Under the pieces are notes generated by a model. That model was not told the origin of the DNA and made no database searches. It saw nothing but the letters and a program-made list of their open reading frames with translations. 64,000 bases of DNA from an uncultured Acidobacteriota bacterium (lineage in GTDB: Bacteria > Acidobacteriota > Blastocatellia > RBC074). Location of the stretch: NCBI GenBank assembly GCA_963796275.1, contig CAWCKY010000001.1, positions 1,216,001-1,280,000 on the forward strand, read 5' to 3'. Positions 39,590 through 49,779 of the stretch are shown here, one piece after another; position 1 is the first letter of the stretch, and every line of letters begins with the position of its first letter. A program made the position numbers and the translations under genes.

Positions 39590-42500
39590 TCATGGTACGA
39601 AGATGGTGGTCAGAGGCAGATAGCTCCGTAGGAGCGCCTGATCGATGACGTTGGCTGGTGTGATGGTGCCGATCTGGCTCGGGTTGGCTCTGACAAAGTC
39701 AGGCGGGGAGAGAGTGTAATTGTACGGCAGCTTCGTGAGGTCGATCCATGTGAATCCCAGTGGCGGGTTCCAGACGAGTGCATCGGGATCGACGGGATTG
39801 AGCCGTGCAGGGTCAAAGGGGGTGGGCGCTCCGTTTAATTGCCAGACGCTTCCGCGTTGCGTGATGCGTCCGCCGTTCGAAAACGCGAGCGGCGTTCGAA
39901 CCTCGAGGAACTCGCTGTTCTCCACCAGCACCGCGGCGTTGGTTGTTGAGTTGACCGCCGTCTGAGTGCCGGGAAACGGCGCCGAAGCGATATCGTCGAC
40001 CATTACGTTGTATACGTGAGCATTGCCGAATCGCATGCGCGGCGTGCGCTGCCGGACCAGGATGAAGGCGTTGTGATGGTAAGTCACGTTCAGCCGGCCC
40101 GCGTCCGTCGCTCCGGCGTCGTCACCGTTACCTACCAGACTCGTTTTGTCCTGAGGAATTTCGTGGGTGATGATTTGCTGCACAGATTGGCCCGCCTGGC
40201 GCAGCGAACGATAGTAACTTATTCGTGAGTCGTCGGGATTTGCTTGGTAAAGGCTCTCGAGGTAGTTGATCTGATTGGTGACCTCGTTCTCGAGATCGCC
40301 CGTGAAGCGGTTGAACGAGAGGGTCACGAGGTCCGCTCCGCGCACGACATCGACCTGTCCATCGTAGGATTTGGCGAAGTCGCAGTGGTCGATCCAGACG
40401 TTGCGCCCGCCGCTTATCTCAATGAAATCCCACCCCTGGAGGTCGTACGCCCCCTGAGTGACGTCATCCCATTCCCAGAGACCGCGGAATTTGAGATTGC
40501 GAATGATTATGTTCTGCGTCCCGTTGATGTTCAATATCCCGTGTCTGATAGTGGCGCCGCGATCCGAGAAGAGCGTCTTGTTCGAAGCAACCCTGATCAC
40601 GCCAAGATTCGAGGCGATGAGTTCAGGATTGATGAGCGGGCGGCGGCTCTGATTCTGGTTGTTGAGCGCACCGAGGTCGACGTCTGTCCGCAGTTCGATG
40701 ACCAGGGGATCCGCGCTCTGCAAATACATCTGGAGCGTCTGCGCCGGATCGGGTGTGGTCGAATCGATCACCTTATAGTGCGACGTATCCGATGGATCGA
40801 CAAGTCCGCCGCCGGTAGTGCCTTGGCCACCCCCCTGGCCACCCCCCTGGCCACCCCCCTGGCCACCCCCTTGGCCACCCCCTTGGCCACCCATCTGACC
40901 AATTGTCGCAAACCCTTCCATTACGAACGTCGCCAACGGAGGCAGTTGAGTCGCCGGGTCTGTCACTGAGAGGATTGCCGTCGCGCTGAGAGTCGCCTCG
41001 CTGAGGCTGCTGACAAGCACCGTGTAGAATCCCGTATCCGTGGGCTGAACGTTCTGCAGGGTGAGCGTCGAACTAGTGGCGCCGGGAATATCGGCACCGT
41101 TTTTCCGCCATTGGTAGTTGATCGTGCCTGTTCCACCGGATCCGTGCGCCACCACCGTGAAATTGATGGTATCGCCGATACTCCCCAGGCGGCTCTGCGG
41201 CTGTTGGTCGATCAGAGCTCCCCGCGTAAAGACAGTCAGTGTCGCGGGCTCGCTGGCGAGGAACCCGAAGGTATTCGTAACCACAACCGAATAAGAACCA
41301 GAGGAATTGAGCTGGACATCGCTCAGCACAAGCGACGGCGCGGTAGCGCCCGGGATCGGTGAGCCGTCCTTCAACCACTGATATGACGGTGGCGGTATGC
41401 CCCTGCTGGTGACGTTGAAGGTCACGGTATCACCGGCGAATGCCACCCGGCTCACGGGTTGCGCCAGGATCGATACGGGCGAGGCGATCGGCGTGGCGCG
41501 CAGAGTCAGAAGAGCCGGCGCGCTGGAGATCGAACCCACTCCATTGCTAATCTTCACGCTGTAGTACCCCGAGTTCGACAACTGCAATCCCGCGCGAGCG
41601 AGCGTCGCATTGATGGCACCTGCAATGGGCGCACCGTCTTTGAGCCACTGGTAGGAGAGCATCGGTGAACCGCTAGCGGTAACGGAAAATGTCACCGCAT
41701 CACCGATTGTAGCGACGTTCGGGATGGGTTGCGTGACAATCATCGGCGCCCCGCTATCGGAGACGATCGTCAGCGTGGCCGCCGCGCTCGTCGCTGATCC
41801 TGTTGAATTACTGACGGTGACGCGATAGTCGCCCGCGGCGCCCGCCTCAACCGCGGGCAGGAGCAACATCGGCCCGGTCGCACCCGGTATCGCGACGCCA
41901 TCTTTCGACCACTGGTAAGAGGGCTCGGGCAGGGCCGACGCCCCGACCGTGAAGATCGCGTCCTGGCCGGCAGACAGGGTCTGGCTCATCGGCGGACTCT
42001 TAATGAACGGCGATGTCTGCGGGACCCATCCGCCGAGCACGAAAGTCGGATCGCTCCACTGGTTCGCCTCGGCGTCGGTAAGCTGGCGCGAGGATGAGAT
42101 TCGCTGGCTCACATCGAGAAGCGCTCCATCAAAACCTGTGCTGCGATATTCCCAGAATCGGACCGTACTTGAACTGGTCGCGTTGTTGAGCAACCATCCG
42201 GCCGGCGATATATGCGATCCCATAGCCGAATTGATGTGAACGACCTGGCTGTCCGGGAAGACATTGGGATCGATGCGCGCGAGGAAGGTTCCCGTCACCC
42301 CGGTCGACGCGCTGAAGCGGCAGTTGACGTAAACAAAGCCGGGCTGATTCTGCGGTGTCCTCGCCTGCACAAAGTAGCTGTCGGATCTCACGTTCCGGAA
42401 CTCAGAGTTCAAGAAATAAGCCGAGGCGTTGCCCCAAATGAAGTCGACATCGCCTTCGATGTAACAATTCTCAACATAAGCGGAGCCGTTGAGCTGCAGC

Positions 42501-45500
42501 GTGTCCTGGAAACTGTAGAAGTCGGAGTTCCGGATCTGAGAGCGAGCGGCGTTGGTCCGGATGGTCTCAGCCTGTGAACCGCCCTGCGGCGTCAGGTTGC
42601 GAACGGTCAGATTTTCGATAGTCCAATCGTTGGCATCCACCCAGATTACGCTGCGCGAGTTCGGGTTGAAGTTCGCGTTATTTGCATATGCGATGACCGT
42701 CTCCAGCCGATCTTCACCGCGCAAGGTGATCAGCGGCCTATTGCTGTTGATGCGTATCAGCTCTTGATAGAGGCCTTTACGGATGAAGATCAATGTGCGC
42801 TGGGCATTGCCCGCCGGCACGAAATCGATCGCTCCCTGAACCGTGGCGAAATCTCCGCTACCGTCGGACGCGACCACCAGCGTCGTCGCCCCAGCGGCCG
42901 GCGCAGATGCGCTGGTGCTGAACCGCCATGCGTCCTGTCCGGCGATCCCTGCGAAAACGCCGTTCGCCGTCCTGAAGACCCCTGGATCGACCGTGACAAA
43001 ATAGGTTTTGTTATAAGAGAGCGCGACGTGCGGCGTGATGAGCGCGGTATTTCCACTCACAATCACGGGTAGATAGTTATATACGCTTCCGCCGATCGTC
43101 TTTGTCTGGGAAGGAACCCCCAGATCGATCGTATCGACAACCTCGGTCGTCGCGGCATCGCGAATTCGGATGAGGCCATTCGCGCCCAGCAAAGGCGCAA
43201 CCCCAAATGTGATCTTGAGCGGCGCGTCGATAGGCAGGTTTGACGCGCCGTCCGACGGGAAGAGAGAAGTCACGGCGAGGGCGGGATCGATCACGGTGAG
43301 CGTCGCCGCAGGACTGGTCACCGATCCGCCCCCATTGCTCACCAGTACGGAGTATGCGGCGGCATCCGCAGCCTGCACGTTATTGAGGATGAGGGCGTCC
43401 GCGGTTGCGCCGGGAATATCCACGCCATTCTTTAACCACTGATAGGTTAATGGAGGCGTGCCGCCCGCGACCACGGAGAAGAGCGCGGTCGAACCGAGAT
43501 TGAGTGTCTGCGAGACCGGTGGCGTGACGATTGAGGGTGGAGAGATAACCGTCAAAACGGCCGGGGCGCTCGTAACACTGCCGGCAACGTTCGTCACATT
43601 CACGGTATAGCTGCCGGCGTCAGCTGGACTGGCGCTGGCGATCGCGTACGTAGCATTTGTAGCACTCGCGATCTCAAGGTCATTCCTGCGCCACTGATAG
43701 CTGAGAGGTGGGGTGCCGGCAGCCATAACCGTGAACTGCACCGCTGCGCCAGCGACCACAGCCGCGGAAGCCGGTTGCATGGTGATTGTCGGCGGCACGG
43801 GCGAGGTGGTGACGATCAACGTCGCCGGATCGCTCACTGCCGAGCCCGCGCCATTACTTACGATTGCTGTATACGTGCCCGCATCGCCGAGCTGGACGCC
43901 CGGTATGCTCAAAACCGGTCCGGTCGCGCCGGCGATCTCCGCACCGTTCTTCCTCCATCGATATGAAAACGGCGCGCTGCCGGCGACTGCGACGGTGAAC
44001 TCCGCAGGCTGTCCGACCAGAATCGTTTGCGACTGCGGTTGTAATGTGATGACTGGTGGAGCGAGGTTGACCACCACCGTGACCACATCGCTGGTGATAC
44101 TTCCAACAGGATTGGTCGCCGTGAAGGCGTAGCTTCCGGAGTCGGCGACCCGGACATTGCTGAGCGTGAGCGTCGTGCTGGTGGCGCCCGCGATCGGAAC
44201 TCCGTCCTTGCTCCATTGGAATGTGAGCGGGGCGCCCCCCGAAGCCGCGGCTGTGAGAGCCACGCTGTTGCCCTCGATAACTGTCGCACCGGTCGGCTGT
44301 GCGGTGATCGCCGGCGGAGCGAGACCTAGAGTCGCCGAAAGGTTTTTAAACGTGATCGATGAGGCGAAGTTTGAGCTTCCCACACGCCAGCCGAAGTAGT
44401 CGAAAGTCGCGTCGGGCGCCCCGCTGGTCTCCGTGGTCGAGAAGTTGTACGCATCACCCAACGGATCGCCCGCAATCGATGCGGTGAGACGAGTCTCCGT
44501 CGCAGAGAGACGCGTCAGCGAATAGGTCAGGACGTAATCGGTGTTGTCCGCAAACGACCGAGCCGTTCCTCCCCCAGCCCCGATCGTTGTGAAATCAGCG
44601 CCGGTGTTGAAGACGTTGTTAGAAGTGGTTGTCGTCCTTCGGTTGAGTGTGAAGGCAGTGCCACCCCCGACCGTTGAGATAGAGGTGAAGAGACCGTAAC
44701 CTGTGTCGCCGATGTAGGCCGCGTTCGATGTGCCGCCATTATCTGCCGGCCGCGAACCCTTGGAGTCGAGGATACCGAATCGAAGCCCGGGCGACGGTGA
44801 CGCGATCGCAGCCGGGTTGAGGCCTGTAAATGAGAATGTGACGCTCACGTTCAGAGTGTCGCCTATTCCCAGCGTGACGGGCGAACCCGCGCTCGTGAAA
44901 TAAGCGGAGATCATGTCCGCGCTCGTCGTGTTCCAGGTGAATTGAGCCGAGCCAGTTGTTACCGCAGCCGCAGTGCTGCCCTGAGCCTTGAGCCACGTGG
45001 CGGAGGCTGGCGGAGCCATCGTGAGGCGTTCACCGTCCGCGAAATCGTCGCTCATAACTACCAGGCCTGCCGGCGAGGTAACGCTGAGGGCTGCCGGCCT
45101 GCTCTCGATACTTCCGGCGGAATTGCTTACGACGACGCTATAAATGCCGGCATCGGGTAACTGGACGTTCGTGAGCCCAAGCGTCTCCGTCGTTGCCCCC
45201 GCCATTGCCGCCCCGTTCTTCCGCCACTGGTATGCTAGCGGCGGCGTGCCACTCGCCGCAACGGTAAGACTCGCACTCGATCCGGCCAGAACCGCCTGCG
45301 AAACGGGTTGCGTGATGATAGCCGGCGGAATATCAGGCTTCGACGCCAATGCCACTGCCGATGTCACGATCCGGTTCAACCCCTTCTGATCCCACGAAAG
45401 TATCATCGTGCCTGGGGGGCCTCCGGTTACTGCGGCTTGAGTCGATCCTGCGATGCCGAATCTGCTTCGCACCGCTGTGAACCGTTCGAGTTGGTTCGAT

Positions 45501-46117
45501 CCGGGTGTGAGCTCAATGGTTCTGGTGCTCTCGCACGCCGCGATATCGACGACCCATGAGTTCGCCGGCGCATCGATCGTAGTCCTTATCGGTCCCGTGT
45601 CGATGTTCCTGGCGTTGGCGGCGACCGCCGCGGGCGCGCCGGGCTGGACACCAAAAAGCGATACCGCTCCTCCTGCAGCCACATCGATTATTCCGGTGAA
45701 ACTGACCGAGATTTCGTAAGAGCCAGGCGTGGGCAGCTCAGAGCCGGTCAAGTAGAATATCTGCGTCTCCAATGCAAGTAATCCCCAAGACACGGCATGA
45801 GAATTCGGTGCCGCATGCATCGAGACCCCATTGAATGTCACCGTCGCGATGCCGCTCTTGAAGAGGATGAAGTCGTCGGTCGATACCGCTACAACCAGTG
45901 CCCGATCAAGGCCGCTGCCAATAGCATGGCTCCAAGAGATCGAACGCGTGTTTCGGGCGACCCCCGAAGAACTGGAGCCGTCGAACGTGATTCCCGCCGA
46001 TGCCGGCGTTGCAGCGAAGATCAACAAGAGAAGTGATAGAACAAGCTGAAACTTCCCGGCGAACGAGCGAAATAGTCTTATACGGTGAGTAATCACCTCG
46101 AAGCTGGATATCTTCAT
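39590..46117 (-). CDS. Giant secreted Ig-repeat protein with pectin methylesterase (CE8) and pectate lyase (PL1) domains
   Basis: Signal peptide; ~9 I-set Ig repeats (YQW.K.G..I.GAT..DAG.Y.V); Big_5-like domain; CE8 motifs (GDFATVQGAI, FQDTL, EGDVDFIWG, FLAR); PL1 motifs (NIIIRNL, NVWIDHC, RTPRMRFG.AHVYN). Confidence 0.9.
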   Translation of the reverse strand: MKISSFEVITHRIRLFRSFAGKFQLVLSLLLLIFAATPASAGITFDGSSSSGVARNTRSISWSHAIGSGLDRALVVAVSTDDFILFKSGIATVTFNGVSMHAAPNSHAVSWGLLALETQIFYLTGSELPTPGSYEISVSFTGIIDVAAGGAVSLFGVQPGAPAAVAANARNIDTGPIRTTIDAPANSWVVDIAACESTRTIELTPGSNQLERFTAVRSRFGIAGSTQAAVTGGPPGTMILSWDQKGLNRIVTSAVALASKPDIPPAIITQPVSQAVLAGSSASLTVAASGTPPLAYQWRKNGAAMAGATTETLGLTNVQLPDAGIYSVVVSNSAGSIESRPAALSVTSPAGLVVMSDDFADGERLTMAPPASATWLKAQGSTAAAVTTGSAQFTWNTTSADMISAYFTSAGSPVTLGIGDTLNVSVTFSFTGLNPAAIASPSPGLRFGILDSKGSRPADNGGTSNAAYIGDTGYGLFTSISTVGGGTAFTLNRRTTTTSNNVFNTGADFTTIGAGGGTARSFADNTDYVLTYSLTRLSATETRLTASIAGDPLGDAYNFSTTETSGAPDATFDYFGWRVGSSNFASSITFKNLSATLGLAPPAITAQPTGATVIEGNSVALTAAASGGAPLTFQWSKDGVPIAGATSTTLTLSNVRVADSGSYAFTATNPVGSITSDVVTVVVNLAPPVITLQPQSQTILVGQPAEFTVAVAGSAPFSYRWRKNGAEIAGATGPVLSIPGVQLGDAGTYTAIVSNGAGSAVSDPATLIVTTSPVPPTITMQPASAAVVAGAAVQFTVMAAGTPPLSYQWRRNDLEIASATNATYAIASASPADAGSYTVNVTNVAGSVTSAPAVLTVISPPSIVTPPVSQTLNLGSTALFSVVAGGTPPLTYQWLKNGVDIPGATADALILNNVQAADAAAYSVLVSNGGGSVTSPAATLTVIDPALAVTSLFPSDGASNLPIDAPLKITFGVAPLLGANGLIRIRDAATTEVVDTIDLGVPSQTKTIGGSVYNYLPVIVSGNTALITPHVALSYNKTYFVTVDPGVFRTANGVFAGIAGQDAWRFSTSASAPAAGATTLVVASDGSGDFATVQGAIDFVPAGNAQRTLIFIRKGLYQELIRINSNRPLITLRGEDRLETVIAYANNANFNPNSRSVIWVDANDWTIENLTVRNLTPQGGSQAETIRTNAARSQIRNSDFYSFQDTLQLNGSAYVENCYIEGDVDFIWGNASAYFLNSEFRNVRSDSYFVQARTPQNQPGFVYVNCRFSASTGVTGTFLARIDPNVFPDSQVVHINSAMGSHISPAGWLLNNATSSSTVRFWEYRSTGFDGALLDVSQRISSSRQLTDAEANQWSDPTFVLGGWVPQTSPFIKSPPMSQTLSAGQDAIFTVGASALPEPSYQWSKDGVAIPGATGPMLLLPAVEAGAAGDYRVTVSNSTGSATSAAATLTIVSDSGAPMIVTQPIPNVATIGDAVTFSVTASGSPMLSYQWLKDGAPIAGAINATLARAGLQLSNSGYYSVKISNGVGSISSAPALLTLRATPIASPVSILAQPVSRVAFAGDTVTFNVTSRGIPPPSYQWLKDGSPIPGATAPSLVLSDVQLNSSGSYSVVVTNTFGFLASEPATLTVFTRGALIDQQPQSRLGSIGDTINFTVVAHGSGGTGTINYQWRKNGADIPGATSSTLTLQNVQPTDTGFYTVLVSSLSEATLSATAILSVTDPATQLPPLATFVMEGFATIGQMGGQGGGQGGGQGGGQGGGQGGGQGTTGGGLVDPSDTSHYKVIDSTTPDPAQTLQMYLQSADPLVIELRTDVDLGALNNQNQSRRPLINPELIASNLGVIRVASNKTLFSDRGATIRHGILNINGTQNIIIRNLKFRGLWEWDDVTQGAYDLQGWDFIEISGGRNVWIDHCDFAKSYDGQVDVVRGADLVTLSFNRFTGDLENEVTNQINYLESLYQANPDDSRISYYRSLRQAGQSVQQIITHEIPQDKTSLVGNGDDAGATDAGRLNVTYHHNAFILVRQRTPRMRFGNAHVYNVMVDDIASAPFPGTQTAVNSTTNAAVLVENSEFLEVRTPLAFSNGGRITQRGSVWQLNGAPTPFDPARLNPVDPDALVWNPPLGFTWIDLTKLPYNYTLSPPDFVRANPSQIGTITPANVIDQALLRSYLPLTTIFVP
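40821..40892 (-). repeat. In-frame 12-bp tandem repeat x6 encoding GGQG
   Basis: (t/c)tggccaccccc units at the start of the PL1 domain. Confidence 0.85.
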
Positions 46118-46639
46118 GGACTCACAGTGCCTGGCTAAATTTGAATTTGTTTTATCTTGTGACTAATCGTGCAGCCAATTCCTCCCATCTACACCCCTTC
46201 CGTTTTGCGCACCATAAATCGGTAGATGAGGCAATGCCCTGAAATCTATCGGGCATTATATGAGACTCAACAAGAAGAACTGATCAGTGAAGAAAAGTCT
46301 TGCATTATCGGTATATCCGCCATTCTCATCCCGTCTCCCATTCGACTCAAGATTTGTGAGGAAGCTTGCCCTAAACCTGATCAGACATCGCTAGTATTTG
46401 GTTAATATGCATGACCCCATAAAACTTATCCGGTATTTGTCTTATTGCGCAACAAATACTCCTAACCTCATTTTTTGTCAACATCAATTTCCTCATTTCG
46501 CGAAGGAAATGTTATGAAAGGGGCCGATGCTATAAATCACCGGGCGAGCGGGCCTCCGATTACTCCGATTACTATGAAATCCGCCCGTCCGGAGCGAAGA
46601 GCTTTCCCCTCATTTTTCGGGGCTTGTTACGGATTGAGC

Positions 46640-47003
46640 CTTTTCCTTTCCGGACACACGATTTCTGACCGCCTGAAGGCGGAAACACGGATATTGCGTT
46701 TGGAGTTCCGTGTTTCGCGGTCTTCCTTTCCGCACGCGATTTCTGACCGCCTGAAGGCGGAACTCCGAACACGGATATTGCGTTTGGAGTTCCGCGTTTA
46801 CGCGGTCTTCCTTCCGCACACGATTTGACCGCCTGAAGGCGGAAACACGGATATTGCGTTTGGAGTTCCGTGTTTTGCGGTCTTCCTTTCGCACACGATT
46901 TGACCGCCTGAAGGCGGAAACACGGATATTGCGTTTGGAGTTCCGCGTTTACGCGGTCTTCCTTTCCGCACGCGATTTCTGACCGCCTGAAGGCGGAACT
47001 CCG
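46640..47003. repeat. BIME-like array of alternating inverted REP units, ~75-82 bp period, 5 copies
   Basis: GACCGCCTGAAGGCGGAA at ~46667, 46745, 46827, 46902 and 46981, alternating with the inverted variant GGAGTTCCG(C/T)GTTT(A/C/T)(C/-)GCGGTC and near-constant linkers. Confidence 0.85.
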
Positions 47004-47021
47004 AGCTCGTTTTCTTTATCG

Positions 47022-49286
47022 TTAAGGGACGCGAATCTCGTCTATGTTAGCCAGGTCCTGGCCATTTGATTGAAAGATGATTTGGTTTCCCCCGCCAGGA
47101 GCGAGGTTTACGTTCACCACTATCCCGGCCCAGGTCGTCCACGAACCTGTCGGGTTAAAGGTGATGCTTTGTGGCGCTCCGTTGATGATCAACTGGCCAG
47201 TGCGCGAGGTGGCCACACCCAACGCATAACGAATTCGCAAGGTTGTATTGCCGCCCGATCCGCCATCAACGGTATTGAACTGCAGGAAACCGCCATTTAC
47301 CGAGAAGTTGACGTAGCCTGTGCCGTTGAATCCACCGTTGGTAGACTCAAAAACGGTGCCGCCGCCAAATTGCGCCGATTCCGCCGGGAATATTGTTGAA
47401 CTGGGCGGAGGCGGGCCACCGACCAATACAATGTTGGGTGTCGGCGGTGTGCCCATTCCGTTGCCCAAAAAGAAGCTCGGGTGCGGCGGCTGGTTATAAG
47501 CAGTATTCTGCCAGGCAATCGCAACGCGGTATTGTGCGTCGTGCATCAGCGTGTATATGCGGTTGTTTGCGACCGCAGTCGTGGTATAGATGCGCAAGGC
47601 AGTGTTCCCCTCGTTGAAAACTACCTCTTCGCGCCAGTCGCCCAAGAGATCGGCGGACAAATTCGGGGTCGCTTTGGTGCCGTTGATGGACGACGCGCCT
47701 GAGGCGGTAAGCAAACGCGTATCCCCGCCCGTGCCATATTTGTCGATGTGGTTACTGTCGAGCAGCTCCCGCACAAAGTCGCCGTCCCACCAGATAAGAA
47801 AGTTGACTGAGCCGGGATTGCGCCCGACGTTCCCGCCGAAGGCGTTAAATAGGCTGTTCATGCCTTCGCCGGCGCCCCAGAACTCGGCGCCTCCGTTACC
47901 GGCGTAGACGTCGCCCGCGACGCCGCGGCCCGGCCCTTCGCAGTTGCAGTTGTTAGGTATGGAGAAGAGGATTGCACCGTTGTTGGCATCGCGGAGAGTG
48001 GCGGCGGGACCTGCGGAGCCTTCGTGGATCTGCCAGATTTCCAGGCCCGGGCGCGTTGGGACGAGGTCGCCAACGTGCAGGGCGTCGCCGTGGGCATAAA
48101 AACTTGTCGTGTAGCGCCCGCTGCCGTTCTCATTGAGAGTCATACCGCCATAGATGATCTCCTGGCTTCCGTCGCCATCAACATCAGCCACCGAGAGCGA
48201 ATGATTACCTCTTCCCTCCCAGTTAGAACCGGAAGTGGCGCTGTTGAAGAGCCACCGCAAGGTCAGATTGCCGTTGCGGAAGTCCCAGGCTGCGATCTTA
48301 GAACGTGCATAGTAGCCTCGCCCCATGATAATGCTGGGACGCTGGCCATCTAAATAGGCGGTGCCGGCCAGGAACCGATCGCCGCGGTTACCATAATTGT
48401 CTCCCCAATCAGCGATGTTACCGCGGGCCGGCTCAAAGTTGGCCGTGGCCCTCACGGCGCCGGTCTGACCGTCGAATACAGTCAGAAACTCAGGACCGGT
48501 GAGTATCCGACCGGCAGTGTTGCGGTGATCTGCGTTAACATTTCCGATGACCTGGCCCGTCCCGCTGCGTGTGCCATCGGCGGTCTTACAGACTACCTCG
48601 GCTCTGCCGTCTCCATCATAGTCATAAACTTGAAACTGCGTATAGTGCGCGCCTGCGCGTATGTTGCGACCTAGGTCTATGCGCCACAGACGTGTGCCGT
48701 TGAGCTCGTAGGCATCAATAAAAACGTTGCCTGTATAGCCGTCCTGCGAGTTGTCCCGCTGATTGGATGGGTCCCATTTGAGGACGATTTCGTATTCACC
48801 ATCACCGTCGAGATCGCCCACCGAAGCATCGCCAGGGCTGTACGTATATGACTCGTTCGCGGGAGTTGTGCCGCCGGCCGGGCGTTGTAGCGCAACGCGA
48901 ATATAGTTTTGTGTAAAAGCGTTGGCCGGCAGTGTGTAAGAAGGACTATCGGCTTGCTCTACCCCATTAACCACTGCGCGCACGAAGTACCTGTTAGATT
49001 GGCTCAGGTTGGCCGTTCCGTCAACGAAGTTGGTGCTCGATGTTACCGTTGTACTGTTGAGTCTGGTAACCGCCCCGCCTCCTGTCGAACGGTAAATGTT
49101 AAATCCGATGTTTGCCGTCGCCTCTGTACCTGACAATCGCCATCCGACATACACCTGCGTGCTGCCGGTGCGAACTGCAACAACACCGCGACTCAAGTTC
49201 TCCATCTGATATTGTGCGAATGCAGCGCTCGCACAGAAAAACAACACTCCGATAGCTAACAACATTTTCGGCTTAGTGGTGTCCAT
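47022..49286 (-). CDS. Rhamnogalacturonan lyase PL11 (YesW/YesX-like) with C-terminal CBM35/CBM6
   Basis: QMENLSRGVVAV, GDLDGDGEYEIVLKWDP, NIRAGAHYTQF, GRGYY, YNQPPHPSFFLG; C-terminal CBM (GFNGTGYVNF). Confidence 0.92.
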   Translation of the reverse strand: MDTTKPKMLLAIGVLFFCASAAFAQYQMENLSRGVVAVRTGSTQVYVGWRLSGTEATANIGFNIYRSTGGGAVTRLNSTTVTSSTNFVDGTANLSQSNRYFVRAVVNGVEQADSPSYTLPANAFTQNYIRVALQRPAGGTTPANESYTYSPGDASVGDLDGDGEYEIVLKWDPSNQRDNSQDGYTGNVFIDAYELNGTRLWRIDLGRNIRAGAHYTQFQVYDYDGDGRAEVVCKTADGTRSGTGQVIGNVNADHRNTAGRILTGPEFLTVFDGQTGAVRATANFEPARGNIADWGDNYGNRGDRFLAGTAYLDGQRPSIIMGRGYYARSKIAAWDFRNGNLTLRWLFNSATSGSNWEGRGNHSLSVADVDGDGSQEIIYGGMTLNENGSGRYTTSFYAHGDALHVGDLVPTRPGLEIWQIHEGSAGPAATLRDANNGAILFSIPNNCNCEGPGRGVAGDVYAGNGGAEFWGAGEGMNSLFNAFGGNVGRNPGSVNFLIWWDGDFVRELLDSNHIDKYGTGGDTRLLTASGASSINGTKATPNLSADLLGDWREEVVFNEGNTALRIYTTTAVANNRIYTLMHDAQYRVAIAWQNTAYNQPPHPSFFLGNGMGTPPTPNIVLVGGPPPPSSTIFPAESAQFGGGTVFESTNGGFNGTGYVNFSVNGGFLQFNTVDGGSGGNTTLRIRYALGVATSRTGQLIINGAPQSITFNPTGSWTTWAGIVVNVNLAPGGGNQIIFQSNGQDLANIDEIRVP

Positions 49287-49779
49287 AGTTCCTCCTGATG
49301 AATTTTCTGTGCATCCTCATTTCTAGTCTTCTACCGCGAGACACTAATCTATCTACTCAACAGCAGTCGTTTGTTGTCGCACAGTACAAAACTTCAGAAA
49401 GAGGAAATCCGCAGACTTTATAGGCGCTCGTGGGTTTTCCGACGGTAAAGCTAACCGCAATGACCTGGTACTCACCTAGAGGTTACCGACGGCTGTCCTG
49501 ATTTTATTGGCTTTTCCAGGCTTCCAGGTAGCGGCTTTTTATGACTGAAATCTTCTGATCTATTCCAAAATACGCGTGCATTTTAGGCTAAAATGCACGC
49601 ACGTCAAGCGCAATTTGTTTTGATGTAGGAATAGATAGACAGAAGCGGTTGGTGTCGATAGGCAGGCGAAGGCTCGGATTGTTCGCAATTTTACTGCTCC
49701 CCTACCTAATCGAGCGCACTTATTGCAGGTTGATTTGAGGGAAAGATATAAGGGAAAGCCTTCCTCTATTTTTAGCGAA

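Noticed and set aside
46475-46894. ORFs overlapping the REP array
   Set aside because: Open frames generated by the repeats
46640-47003. Possible CRISPR array
   Set aside because: The intervening sequences are near-identical rather than unique spacers, the units alternate in orientation, and there are no cas genes
49390-49535. Riboswitch upstream of the PL11 gene
   Set aside because: An imperfect inverted repeat is present, but I could not match a c-di-GMP, c-di-AMP or other consensus by eye; an Infernal scan would be needed
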